32,000 nt of DNA from an archaeon (lineage in GTDB: Archaea > Iainarchaeota > Iainarchaeia > Iainarchaeales > CSSED10-239). The number at the start of each line of letters is the position of its first letter. Position 1 is the first letter of the stretch. Location of the stretch: assembly GCA_041657425.1 (NCBI GenBank), contig JBBABY010000007.1:1-32000 (forward strand), given 5' to 3'. The position numbers were made by a program, and so were the translations under genes. The notes beneath the pieces were generated by a model. That model made no database searches. It had not been told where the DNA came from and worked only from the letters and a program-made list of their open reading frames with translations. This document shows positions 1-8,483 of the stretch, piece after piece.

Positions 1-1602
1 AATATAAAATTAGAGACTAATTCTCTACCAAATAGTTATACGATGACTGCTAAGATGCTTGTTGGTCAGGAAACAGTTGTTCCAATAATTGAAACCATTG
101 CAGGAATATATTCTGAAAATACTCCAATTATTATTTCTGCACCATCAGATACAAATATCTATTATACAATAGATGGAAACACTCCAACAACCTCTTCAAC
201 TCAATATTTTGATCCAATTACCAATTTACCAGTAGGCAATATTACTTTGAAAGCAATTGCAAAGAAACCAGATTCTTATGTTAGTGATGTGGCAAGTGTA
301 AATTACACGATAACTGGGACAGTTGCTGATCCAGTTGCTTCTCAACCACCCGGGAATGTTGCTTATAATTCTCAAGTAACTTTAAGTACAATTACAGAAA
401 GTGCAACAATTAGATATACTCTTGATGGCACAGAGCCTAATGAAAGTTCTCTAGTTTATTCTAATTCTAATCCAATTGTTATAGATCAAAACTTAACATT
501 GAAAGCAAAAGCTTACAAGGCAGGATATGCTGCAAGTGCAATTGTAGAGTTTAATTATACAGTTCAAATTGCAGAACCACCAGAGGCATCTCCATCACCA
601 GGAGTTGTAAATTATAATTCTGAAATTGTATTATCAACAACAAGAACTGAAACAATAATAAGATATACTCTTGATAATAGTGAGCCAGATGAAAGTTCTA
701 CTATCTATGAAAATCCAATAATAATTACTGATGATACAATATTAAAAGCAAAATCTTATAGAGACGGATTTGCTCCAAGTACAACGGCGGATTTTAATTA
801 TACTGTTCAAAAAGTTACAACTCCAACAGCATCTCAACCGAATGGCAATGTTAATTATCTTTCTCAAGTAACTTTAAGCACAACAACAACTGATGCAACA
901 ATTAGATACACTCTTGATGGCTTGCCTCCAAATGAGAGTTCTTTAGTTTATTCTTCACCATTAATAATCGATAGTAATAAAACTATAAAAGTAATAGCTT
1001 ACAAAGATGGCTTTGCTCCAAGTGGAACAATAACTTTTAATTATACAATTCAAACAGTTATGACTCCAACTTCATCTTCGCCTCCTGGGTTTATTGATTA
1101 TGGCTCTCAAGTAGCTTTAAGTACAACTACTCCAGGAGCAGTAATTAGATATACAATAAATGGTTCAAATCCAACAATCGGTAGTGCAATATATCATTTT
1201 CCAATATCAATTGGTAGTTATCTAAACCTAAAGGCAAGAGCTTACAAGGATGGTTTTGCTCCAAGTCCTGTAGCAAGTTATATTTATAGAGCCGGAGTTA
1301 CAACTCCTAGAGCAGATATTCATGGGGGAAATTATGAATCTCCAATAGAAGTAGTACTTAAAACTTCAACAAATAGAGCAGTTATAAAATATACTCTTGA
1401 TGGAACAGACCCAACATTTGCTACAGGCCTAACATATACTTTTCCAAACCCAATTCCAATTTCGTCAACTACAACTTTAAAAGCAAAAGCATATATCTAT
1501 TCACAACGCCCTCAAGTAGTAGCTTATGATACTGCAGAAGCAGTTAAACCAATAAGATTAGAAAGCGAACTATTAACTGAACATTATGTGTTTCCAGAAT
1601 AA
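1..1602 (+). CDS. Surface/secreted protein fragment (5' end off-window) made of six tandem chitobiase/beta-hexosaminidase C-terminal-like (CHB_HEX_C_1-type) repeats
   Basis: Frame 1 is open from nt 1 with no stop before the ATG at 43, so the ORF is 5'-truncated. It has six ~81-86 aa repeats with the signature (I/V)xYT(L/I)(D/N)GxxP..SS..Y..PI.I.....LKAKAY(K/R)(D/A)G(F/Y)A(P/A)S......(F)NYT. Confidence 0.8.
   Translation, partial: NIKLETNSLPNSYTMTAKMLVGQETVVPIIETIAGIYSENTPIIISAPSDTNIYYTIDGNTPTTSSTQYFDPITNLPVGNITLKAIAKKPDSYVSDVASVNYTITGTVADPVASQPPGNVAYNSQVTLSTITESATIRYTLDGTEPNESSLVYSNSNPIVIDQNLTLKAKAYKAGYAASAIVEFNYTVQIAEPPEASPSPGVVNYNSEIVLSTTRTETIIRYTLDNSEPDESSTIYENPIIITDDTILKAKSYRDGFAPSTTADFNYTVQKVTTPTASQPNGNVNYLSQVTLSTTTTDATIRYTLDGLPPNESSLVYSSPLIIDSNKTIKVIAYKDGFAPSGTITFNYTIQTVMTPTSSSPPGFIDYGSQVALSTTTPGAVIRYTINGSNPTIGSAIYHFPISIGSYLNLKARAYKDGFAPSPVASYIYRAGVTTPRADIHGGNYESPIEVVLKTSTNRAVIKYTLDGTDPTFATGLTYTFPNPIPISSTTTLKAKAYIYSQRPQVVAYDTAEAVKPIRLESELLTEHYVFPE
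100..1525 (+). repeat. Intragenic tandem repeat, six copies, period about 245 bp (coding domain repeats)
   Basis: The strings attagatatactcttgatgg / attagatacactcttgatgg / ataagatatactcttgataa recur at about 410, 660, 900, 1140 and 1385. The protein-level repeats are listed in the CDS entry. Confidence 0.8.
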
Positions 1603-1605
1603 TCT

Positions 1606-2034
1606 CTAAATTTTTTCTTTTTCTATTTTTCCTAATTTCTGTACTTGTTTAGCAAATGCGTCATTGTATTCTTGTTTGTAATAAACTTTCTTTATTCCAA
1701 ATTCTATCATATACCTAGAACAAGAAACACATGGACTATAAGTAGAGTATAACTCTGCGTCTTTAAGATCACAACCCTTCTTTAAAGCATCAATCATGGC
1801 CCTTTGTTCTGCACAGATGCCTGTACATAGTTCATTTCTTAGGCCTGACCTAAACAAAAAATAGTTCTTTGCACAACCAATAACTGAGCAAGGGGAAATA
1901 TTAGTAGAGTTACCATTATGTCCTCTACCTATGATTTTTCCATTTTTAACAATAACTGCGCCTATTTGCTTTCTTAGGCACAAAGCAGCTTTTTCTTCAT
2001 TTTCTAGTACTCTTTTTATGGAATTTAGGTTCAT
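1606..2034 (-). CDS. dCMP/CMP-type zinc deaminase (ComEB / dCMP deaminase-like)
   Basis: 142 aa. It has a GRGHNG...C..GC....C block, then CAEQRA (Cys where the family usually has the His of HAE) and SPCVSCSRYMIEFGIKKVYY (PCxxC). It is convergent with the previous CDS, with the stop codons 3 nt apart. Confidence 0.75.
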   Translation of the reverse strand: MNLNSIKRVLENEEKAALCLRKQIGAVIVKNGKIIGRGHNGNSTNISPCSVIGCAKNYFLFRSGLRNELCTGICAEQRAMIDALKKGCDLKDAELYSTYSPCVSCSRYMIEFGIKKVYYKQEYNDAFAKQVQKLGKIEKEKI

Positions 2035-2076
2035 ATTAAAAACAAAAGATGAATCTATTTAAAAAGCTTACTAGGG

Positions 2077-2096
2077 ATATAATATATTATATAATA
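2077..2096. promoter_or_regulatory. Palindromic TATA-like module ATATAATATATTATATAATA in a divergent intergenic region (deaminase <-> L7Ae)
   Basis: The 16-nt perfect palindrome atataatatattatat spans 2077-2092. The same 20-mer recurs at 11128-11147 in another divergent intergenic region. Both are preceded by aacaaaag(a/c)t. Confidence 0.5.
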
Positions 2097-2154
2097 TACT
2101 TTTTTCTATAAGTGAAAAAAGCCGATGAAAAAACAGAATTTTGGAGGTTTTAGA

Positions 2155-2685
2155 ATGGCAGACTATGTTAAGTTTCAAATACCTGAGGATCTTAAGAATC
2201 TTCAAGCAGAGGTTATTTCAAAAGTATCTAAATCAGGAAAGATTAAGGTAGGAATAAATGAAGTAACAAAAATGGTTGAAAGAAATACAGCAAAATTAGT
2301 ATTAATTGCTCAAGATATTTCACCAGCAGAAATCGTAATGCATGTTCCAGTAATATGTAAGGAAAAAAATATTCCATTCAGTTACGTTTCAACAAGAGAA
2401 GAACTTGGAAAGATTTCAGGAATAGGCGCAAAGGCAAGTGCAGTTGCAATTGTTGATGAAGGAGTTCTTAAAAAAGAATTTGCAGCATTAATTTCAAAGA
2501 TTGAAGAAATAAGTGGTGTAACCGCTAAATCAAAGCCAAGCGAAGATAAACCAAAAGCAACAGAACATAAAGTTGCAGAACATAAACCAGCAGCTGAAAA
2601 GAAACCTGTTGAAAAAAAAGAAAAGCCAGTTGTTAAAAAAGAAGTAATTGTTGAAGAAAAATCAGCAGTTGCTGAAGAAGAATAG
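2155..2685 (+). CDS. rpl7ae: Ribosomal protein L7Ae with a ~55-aa Lys/Glu/Pro-rich C-terminal extension
   Basis: The core GKIKVGINEVTKMVERNTAKLVLIAQDISPAEIVMHVPVICKEKNIPFSYVSTREELG is a typical L7Ae/L30e fold. GGAGG at 2143-2147 lies 7 nt upstream of the ATG at 2155, so I prefer that start to the track start at 2125. The tail KSKPSEDKPKATEHKVAEHKPAAEKKPVEKKEKPVVKKE... is extra. Confidence 0.9.
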   Translation: MADYVKFQIPEDLKNLQAEVISKVSKSGKIKVGINEVTKMVERNTAKLVLIAQDISPAEIVMHVPVICKEKNIPFSYVSTREELGKISGIGAKASAVAIVDEGVLKKEFAALISKIEEISGVTAKSKPSEDKPKATEHKVAEHKPAAEKKPVEKKEKPVVKKEVIVEEKSAVAEEE

Positions 2686-2696
2686 GTGAATTAAAA

Positions 2697-2906
2697 ATGG
2701 CAGAAGAAGGAGTTCCAGCAGAAATTGTTGAAATTGTTGGAAGAACAGGTTCAAGAGGCGAGGCAACTCAAGTTCTTTGTAGAATTTTAGATGGCTTTGA
2801 AAAAGGAAGAATAAAGAAAAGAAATGTTAGAGGCCTTGTAAAGAAAGGCGATGTTTTAATCTTAATGAATCCTGAATCTGAAGCAAAGGACATTAGAGGT
2901 CGCTAA
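2697..2906 (+). CDS. rps28e: Ribosomal protein S28e
   Basis: VEIVGRTGSRGEATQVLCRILDG..KGRIKKRNVRG.VKKGDVLILMNPESEA matches the S28e pattern. An AGGTGA SD overlaps the L7Ae stop. Confidence 0.9.
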   Translation: MAEEGVPAEIVEIVGRTGSRGEATQVLCRILDGFEKGRIKKRNVRGLVKKGDVLILMNPESEAKDIRGR

Positions 2907-2921
2907 AAAAGGTGAAAACAA

Positions 2922-3125
2922 ATGATATGTACATTTTGTGGTAAGGAAATAAAAAAAGGTATGGGAATAATCTATGCTAAAAAAGACGGAACAATAAGTT
3001 ACTTCTGTACAAGTAAGTGTAAGAAGAATCAATTGTTAAAGAAATATAAGCCACTAAAGACTAGATGGACAGACACTTATCACATAGAAAAAGCAAGACA
3101 TCAAAAAAAGCACGCAAGTGCTTAA
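2922..3125 (+). CDS. rpl24e: Ribosomal protein L24e
   Basis: CTFCGKEIKKGMGIIYAKKDGTISYFCTSKCKKN...KPLKTRWT is the L24e zinc-ribbon pattern. Confidence 0.9.
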   Translation: MICTFCGKEIKKGMGIIYAKKDGTISYFCTSKCKKNQLLKKYKPLKTRWTDTYHIEKARHQKKHASA

Positions 3126-3218
3126 TTTTTTCTTTTTTATTTCGACCAAAAGAAAGTGTTTGTTAGTTTTTAAAAAAGAGAGTGATAAAAAATAGTATAC
3201 AGACAACCAATAATCACT

Positions 3219-4940
3219 GTGATGGGTCATATTGATTCCGGAAAAACAACATTTTTGGATAAGATTAAAGGCACAGCAATAGTTGATAAAGAAGCTGGAA
3301 AAATCACACAGCATATTGGCGCAACAGAAATTACAATTGATGTAATAAATAAGTTTAGCGGACATTTAGCAAAGAAATATAATTTTGAATTAATGCTTCC
3401 TGGTTTATTATTTATTGATACTCCAGGGCATAATGCTTTTGATAATTTAAGAGAACGAGGCGGAAGTCTTGCAGATTTAGTAGTACTAGTAATGGATATA
3501 AATAAAGGATTACAAGTACAGGATATTGAGACGATTAATATTCTAAAGATGTATAAAGTTCCTTTTGTAGTAATTGCAAATAAGGTTGATCTAATCAATG
3601 GTTGGCACCAAGAAGGAAATGATATCACAAATAATCTAACAACTCAAAGCAAACATACAGAAGAGAAGTTCGATGAATTGTTATATAGAATTGTTGGACA
3701 ATTGTACGATAAAGGATTTCAAGCAGAAAGGTTTGATAGAATAAATGATTTTACAAAACAGATTGCAATAATCCCTGCAGCTTGTGTGAAGTCATGGGGA
3801 CTTGCGGAAAGCATTTTGTTCTTAACAGTTTTAAGTCAGAAGTTTTTAGGAAAGAAAATTACAATTGATGAAAATGATTATATGCAAGGAGCAGTCCTTG
3901 AAGTTGGAGAGTTAAATGGAATTGGGGCAACTGCTGATGTTATTGTCTATCAAGGAAGTTTAAAGGTTAAAGACGAGATTGTTTTTCCAACAAGATGTGG
4001 CTTACAAACATCTAAAATAAAGATGATGTTAAAACCAAACTTCATGACTGCAGTTGATAAGAAAGGCGCATTTGATAAGATTGAAGGAATCAGTGCAGCA
4101 GCAGGAATAAAGATTGTAGCTCCAGAGATTGACAAATGTCTTCCAGGAGCAGTAATTGTTTCAGCAAATGATAAAGAAGCAATTGAAAATCTAAAAACCA
4201 AATCATATAGTTGTTTTATGAAAGGATGCACAGGTGCGTTTGTTAAAGCAGATACATTAGGTTCCCTTGAAGCATTACAGAAACTTCTAGAGAAAGATGG
4301 AATATGTATTGCAAATTCAGATATTGGGGAATTTACAAATAAAGATTTAACAGAATTAAAAATATTAAATGAAAAGGATAAACTTCAAGGAGTATTATTT
4401 CTCTTTAATGTTAAGATATCAACAGAGTTTGAAGACGAAACCAAGAAGTTACAAATCCCTATATTTAAAAATAATATCATATATAAATTAATTGAAGATT
4501 ACCAAGATTGGCTTGGTAAAACGAAGAAAACAGATAAAGATAAATTACTAAAGGAAATAATTTATCCATGTAAGTTTAAAATTCTTCCAAATTTCATATT
4601 TAGAAGTTCTAAACCTGCAGTTGTTGGCGTTAAGATACTTGATGGCCGCCTTATTTGTGGCGCAAAGGTTTCCTTAAATGGAAACAATATCGGAGAAATT
4701 GAAGGCATCCAAACAGATGGTAAGCAAGTAGAAATTGCAAATAAAGATCAAGAAGTTGCAGTGTCAATTAAGGAAGCAACTTATTTAAAGGACTTTAAAG
4801 AAGGAGATGTTCTTGAAGTATCATTAAATTTAGATTTAATTTCAAAGCTTGAGTTACTTGAAGGAGATTTAAGTAATTCTGAACTTGAAATGATTGAAGA
4901 GATAAAACAGGAAATATACAGAAAGCAAAATCAAGAATAA
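3219..4940 (+). CDS. infB: Translation initiation factor aIF5B (IF2-type GTPase); start uncertain
   Basis: G1 is GHIDSGKTT, G3 is DTPGH, G4 is NKVD, and the domain order matches aIF5B. Homology (KIVYRQPIITVMGH) continues upstream of the GTG at 3219 back to a stop at 3186-3188; see findings. Confidence 0.9.
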   Translation: MMGHIDSGKTTFLDKIKGTAIVDKEAGKITQHIGATEITIDVINKFSGHLAKKYNFELMLPGLLFIDTPGHNAFDNLRERGGSLADLVVLVMDINKGLQVQDIETINILKMYKVPFVVIANKVDLINGWHQEGNDITNNLTTQSKHTEEKFDELLYRIVGQLYDKGFQAERFDRINDFTKQIAIIPAACVKSWGLAESILFLTVLSQKFLGKKITIDENDYMQGAVLEVGELNGIGATADVIVYQGSLKVKDEIVFPTRCGLQTSKIKMMLKPNFMTAVDKKGAFDKIEGISAAAGIKIVAPEIDKCLPGAVIVSANDKEAIENLKTKSYSCFMKGCTGAFVKADTLGSLEALQKLLEKDGICIANSDIGEFTNKDLTELKILNEKDKLQGVLFLFNVKISTEFEDETKKLQIPIFKNNIIYKLIEDYQDWLGKTKKTDKDKLLKEIIYPCKFKILPNFIFRSSKPAVVGVKILDGRLICGAKVSLNGNNIGEIEGIQTDGKQVEIANKDQEVAVSIKEATYLKDFKEGDVLEVSLNLDLISKLELLEGDLSNSELEMIEEIKQEIYRKQNQE

Positions 4941-5006
4941 AAAAAAGAAATAAATAATAATAAGAAAATAGAAAAATGAAAATTAAAAAAACGAGGTGTA
5001 TGAAAT

Positions 5007-5411
5007 TTGAGACTAGTATTATCAGAACCAAAAACAAAAAAGAGTTATAACGTAGAAGCAGATGAAAAGATAAAATTACATTTGCTTGGAAAGAAAATAA
5101 AAGATGAAGTTGACTTATCTAGTATTTCTACAGGATTAAAGGGAGTAATTACAGGTGGATCAAATAAAGAAGGATTTCCAATGCATATAAAACTTGATTC
5201 TGAAAACTCTAAAAAGATTCTAACTACTAACGGTATTGGTTTTAAAGCAGATAGAAAAGGAGAAAGAAGAAGAGTTAGAGTTGCAGGAAGAATTGTTACA
5301 CAAACAACCGCTCAAGTTAATATTAAATTAACAGCAGGAGATACAACTGGCTTCTTTGAAAGATTCCCTAAAGTTGTTAAAGAAGAAGAAACAAAAAAGA
5401 AAAAGAAATAG
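5007..5411 (+). CDS. rps6e: Ribosomal protein S6e
   Basis: RLVLSEPKTKKSYNVE...ITGGSNKEGFPM matches S6e. The start is TTG, with a GAGGTG SD at 4994-4999 seven nt upstream. It has a Lys-rich tail. Confidence 0.88.
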   Translation: MRLVLSEPKTKKSYNVEADEKIKLHLLGKKIKDEVDLSSISTGLKGVITGGSNKEGFPMHIKLDSENSKKILTTNGIGFKADRKGERRRVRVAGRIVTQTTAQVNIKLTAGDTTGFFERFPKVVKEEETKKKKK

Positions 5412-5423
5412 TTGATGAAATAA

Positions 5424-6614
5424 ATGGAAAGCATACAATCAGTTTTAAATATTGGAGTTGTGGGTCATGTTGATCATGGAAAGACCACATTAACTTCAAA
5501 GATAACTGGCACTTGGACAGATAAACATTCTGATGAAATTAAACAAGGAATATCTATTAAGTTAGGTTATGCTGATGCTTGCTTTTATAAATGTAAAAAG
5601 TGTGTAGGAATACAAGCTTACGGAGTTACAAATAAATGTAATTTGTGTGGTGGAGAAAGAGAACTAGTAAGAAAGGTTTCTTTTGTTGATGCCCCAGGTC
5701 ATGAAACATTAATGGCAGTAATGCTTTCTGGTGCAACTCTTCTTAATGGCGCAATACTTGTTATTGCAGCAAATGAAGAATGCCCACAGCCAAGAACTAT
5801 TGAACATTTCTCTGCATTAAAAATGCATGGAATAAAAAATATGGTTGTTGCTCAGAACAAAATGGATCTTGTAACTAAAGAAGAAGCATTAGAAAACTAT
5901 AAAAAGATTAGGAATTTTTTAGATAGCGAAGGTTATAAGCACGTTCCAATTATTCCAACCTCTGCGCATTTTGATGCAAATATTGATGCTTTAGTTTATG
6001 CTCTTTTAAGTGCAATACCTGTTCCAGAGCTTGATACAGCTGCTCCATTAAAGATGAGAGTAGTAAGATCATTTGATATCAATAAGCCAGGAACAATAAT
6101 TGATAAACTAAAAGGAGGAGTACTTGGTGGAGCAATACTTTGTGGAACACTTTCTGAAAAACAGAAAGTGTGGCTATATCCTGGGATAACAAAGCCGGTT
6201 GAATTAACTATAGAATCATTAAACTCAAATGGAGTTTCATTTAAAAAAGTTCATGCAGGTGGACTTATCGCAGTTGGAACAAGTCTTGATCCTTTTTTTG
6301 TTTCTGGAGACAAGATGATTGGACAATTAATTTGTGAAGAAAGTTCAAAACCATTAATGAGTCAAGAATTAGAATTAAATTATATTAAGATTGAAAGATT
6401 ATTAGAATCAAATAAAGACAATATAAGAATTGGAGAAAATGTTGTTTTAATTATTGGTACAGCCGCACATTTAGGAACAATAAAGAGAATTAAAGGAGAC
6501 CAAGTATCAATCTCTTTGAAGAACATTGCAGTTTATTACAAGGATGAAACAATTGCAATTAGCAGATTAATAAGTGGTCGTTGGAGATTATCCGGATATG
6601 CACAAATCAGATAG
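5424..6614 (+). CDS. eif2g: Translation initiation factor aIF2 gamma subunit
   Basis: NIGVVGHVDHGKTTL, a zinc knuckle CKKC....CNLCG, DAPGHE and QNKMD are in the EF-Tu-like domain order. Confidence 0.92.
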   Translation: MESIQSVLNIGVVGHVDHGKTTLTSKITGTWTDKHSDEIKQGISIKLGYADACFYKCKKCVGIQAYGVTNKCNLCGGERELVRKVSFVDAPGHETLMAVMLSGATLLNGAILVIAANEECPQPRTIEHFSALKMHGIKNMVVAQNKMDLVTKEEALENYKKIRNFLDSEGYKHVPIIPTSAHFDANIDALVYALLSAIPVPELDTAAPLKMRVVRSFDINKPGTIIDKLKGGVLGGAILCGTLSEKQKVWLYPGITKPVELTIESLNSNGVSFKKVHAGGLIAVGTSLDPFFVSGDKMIGQLICEESSKPLMSQELELNYIKIERLLESNKDNIRIGENVVLIIGTAAHLGTIKRIKGDQVSISLKNIAVYYKDETIAISRLISGRWRLSGYAQIR

Positions 6615-7005
6615 AATTGCAAATATCATAGTTGATACAAATGTATTAATCTACATGTATGAACTGAAAAGAGACATCTTTGAATTTGCATTAACTGTTC
6701 TTCCAAATGGCAAGTTTTTTGTTCTTGCAAACTCAATAAAAGAAATTGAAAAAGTATATAAAGATAAACCAGGCAAACTAAAAATATTAAAAAATTATTT
6801 AGAAAAGCTAAAAGAATTAAAGAAATTTGAAATTTTAGAACCAAATATGGAATTACCAGAAAAATACAAAAAAGTGGATAATTTATTAATATATTTAAGT
6901 AATAAATATATAATATACACTAATGATAAAATATTAAAATCAAAAATTAAGAAAAAAGGAAATAGAGTTTTAACATTAAGGTTACATGATGTTTTCTTAA
7001 ATTAA
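6598..7005 (+). CDS. PIN-domain protein, Fcf1/Utp24-like (COG1412-type), in the conserved position after aIF2-gamma
   Basis: The acidic PIN residues sit in IIVDTNVL, SIKEIEK and IYTNDKIL. I prefer the ATG at 6598 (MHKSDRI...) to the track start at 6574; it overlaps the eif2g stop by 17 nt. Confidence 0.7.
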   Translation: MHKSDRIANIIVDTNVLIYMYELKRDIFEFALTVLPNGKFFVLANSIKEIEKVYKDKPGKLKILKNYLEKLKELKKFEILEPNMELPEKYKKVDNLLIYLSNKYIIYTNDKILKSKIKKKGNRVLTLRLHDVFLN

Positions 7006-7026
7006 AAAAAGGAGTACTGAAACAAA

Positions 7027-7656
7027 ATGGGTTATAAAAAATATAATTTGGAAGGAATTGTTAGTATTGCTCCACAAAGATTATCTGGAGAGTTAAAGGA
7101 TATTATTCTTAATCAATTATGCAATGATTATGAAGGAATGATTGATAAGAATATTGGAGTGATTGTTGCAGTAACAGACGTACTTTCTCATGATATTGGA
7201 GAGATTGTTCCTGCTGATCCAAATGTATTTTTTAGAGTTAAGTTTTCAGTTATTACTTATTTACCAAGATTACATGAGATAGTAAATGGTTTAGTAACAC
7301 AAGCAACAGATTTTGGGGCATTCATTAAGATTGGTCCTTTTGAAGGATTATGTCATGTTTCTCAGGTTATGGAAGATTTTAATTCTTATAATGCTGAACT
7401 TCCAGGATTTACAGGAAAGGAAAGTAAGCAAACACTTGTTGTTGGAGAAACAGTTCTTGCAAGAGTGGCAAACGTTAGTTTAAAGCCAAGTATTGCAGAT
7501 ACAAAGATTGGTTTAACAATGAGACAATTTGGGTTAGGAAGACCAGATTGGCAAAAAGCAACTGTTAAGAAAGAAAAAGTTGTAAGAAAGTCTTTAACAA
7601 ATACAAAAGGAAAAGACGAGAAAGCAGATAATAAATCAAGATCTAAAAAGAAGTGA
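7027..7656 (+). CDS. rpoE: DNA-directed RNA polymerase subunit E' (Rpo7) with S1 domain and Lys-rich tail
   Basis: The N-terminal Rpb7-like fold is followed by the S1 motif GLVTQATDFGAFIKIGPFEGLCHVSQV. The C-terminal tail is KKEKVVRKS...KSRSKKK. Confidence 0.88.
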   Translation: MGYKKYNLEGIVSIAPQRLSGELKDIILNQLCNDYEGMIDKNIGVIVAVTDVLSHDIGEIVPADPNVFFRVKFSVITYLPRLHEIVNGLVTQATDFGAFIKIGPFEGLCHVSQVMEDFNSYNAELPGFTGKESKQTLVVGETVLARVANVSLKPSIADTKIGLTMRQFGLGRPDWQKATVKKEKVVRKSLTNTKGKDEKADNKSRSKKK

Positions 7657-7662
7657 TTATTT

Positions 7663-7881
7663 ATGGTATACAAAGCATGCAGAAAATGTAGAAAGATTGT
7701 AGAAGATGGAGAGCAAGATGAAGACAAGACTTCTATAAAAGAATGCCCAATCTGTGGAGGAAATACATTTACTACATTTTGGAAAGGAAATGCATTAATT
7801 GTAGATCCAGAGAATTCAGATATTGCTAAAGCAATGGACGTAAAAACCCCAGGAAGATATGCATTAAGATTAAGTAGATAA
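7663..7881 (+). CDS. spt4: Transcription elongation factor Spt4 (RpoE'')
   Basis: It has a zinc ribbon CRKC...CPICG followed by W.G...IVDPE.S.IAK......PGRYALR. Confidence 0.88.
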   Translation: MVYKACRKCRKIVEDGEQDEDKTSIKECPICGGNTFTTFWKGNALIVDPENSDIAKAMDVKTPGRYALRLSR

Positions 7882-7904
7882 AATCAAAATTAAAGGAGAT
7901 TAAT

Positions 7905-8210
7905 ATGAATATAGAAATTGAAAAACAAAGAAATGAATTATTGCATAGAACTGCAGTAGTTGCAAAGATAAAAGGTCCAAAAACTCCAAGTAGACAAGAA
8001 CTTTTAAAGAAAGTTGCTGCAATGCTTGGTTGTGACGAGAAATTACTTGTAATAGATAAAATTAGTCAACAATCAGGACAACAATTAGTTATTGCATATT
8101 TGAAGTTATATGACAATTCCAAATTTTTAAAGGAATTAGAATTAAATTACAAGATTAAAAGAACAGGAAGTCTTGAAGAAAAGAAAGAAGTAAAGAAAAA
8201 AGAAGAATAA
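7905..8210 (+). CDS. rps24e: Ribosomal protein S24e
   Basis: NELLHRTAVVAKIKGPKTPSRQELLKKVAAMLGCDEKLLVIDKI matches the S24e pattern. Confidence 0.9.
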   Translation: MNIEIEKQRNELLHRTAVVAKIKGPKTPSRQELLKKVAAMLGCDEKLLVIDKISQQSGQQLVIAYLKLYDNSKFLKELELNYKIKRTGSLEEKKEVKKKEE

Positions 8211-8230
8211 ATTAAAATGGTGATTATAAA

Positions 8231-8455
8231 ATGGGTAAAAAGAAGGGCGGCGGAGTAAAGAAAGGAAAGACAAAGCATAAGCCAACAGTTAATATTAAAG
8301 TAAATAAATTTTACAAAATAAGCGGAGACACAGTTGAAAGAATTGGAAAAGATTGTCCAAAGTGTGGAACTGCAGTCAAAATGGGTTTACATAAAGCAAA
8401 AGATGGAAAAATAAGATACGCTTGTGGTAAATGTGGAATGAATGTTTTTGATTAA
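8231..8455 (+). CDS. rps27ae: Ribosomal protein S27ae
   Basis: It has a basic N-terminus followed by the zinc ribbon CPKCG...........CGKCG. Confidence 0.88.
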   Translation: MGKKKGGGVKKGKTKHKPTVNIKVNKFYKISGDTVERIGKDCPKCGTAVKMGLHKAKDGKIRYACGKCGMNVFD

Positions 8456-8483
8456 TTTTAAAAACATCTATTTTTGATAAAAC

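Noticed and set aside
2125-5002. Alternative starts: ATG 2125 for L7Ae and ATG 5000 for S6e
   Set aside because: ATG 2125 adds 10 non-conserved residues and lacks an SD, whereas ATG 2155 has GGAGG at the right spacing. ATG 5000 is in another frame and terminates after 16 codons, whereas TTG 5007 gives the conserved S6e N-terminus with a GAGGTG SD.
3054-5037. Minus-strand ORFs 3054-3365, 3227-3628, 3950-4231 and 4795-5037, antisense to L24e and aIF5B
   Set aside because: They lie almost entirely inside, or antisense to, confidently identified genes. Their composition is low-complexity and hydrophobic, typical of antisense frames in AT-rich DNA, and they have no motifs or SD.
6626-7727. Minus-strand ORFs 6626-6844 and 7386-7727
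   Set aside because: They are antisense to the PIN and RpoE' genes and have no recognisable features.
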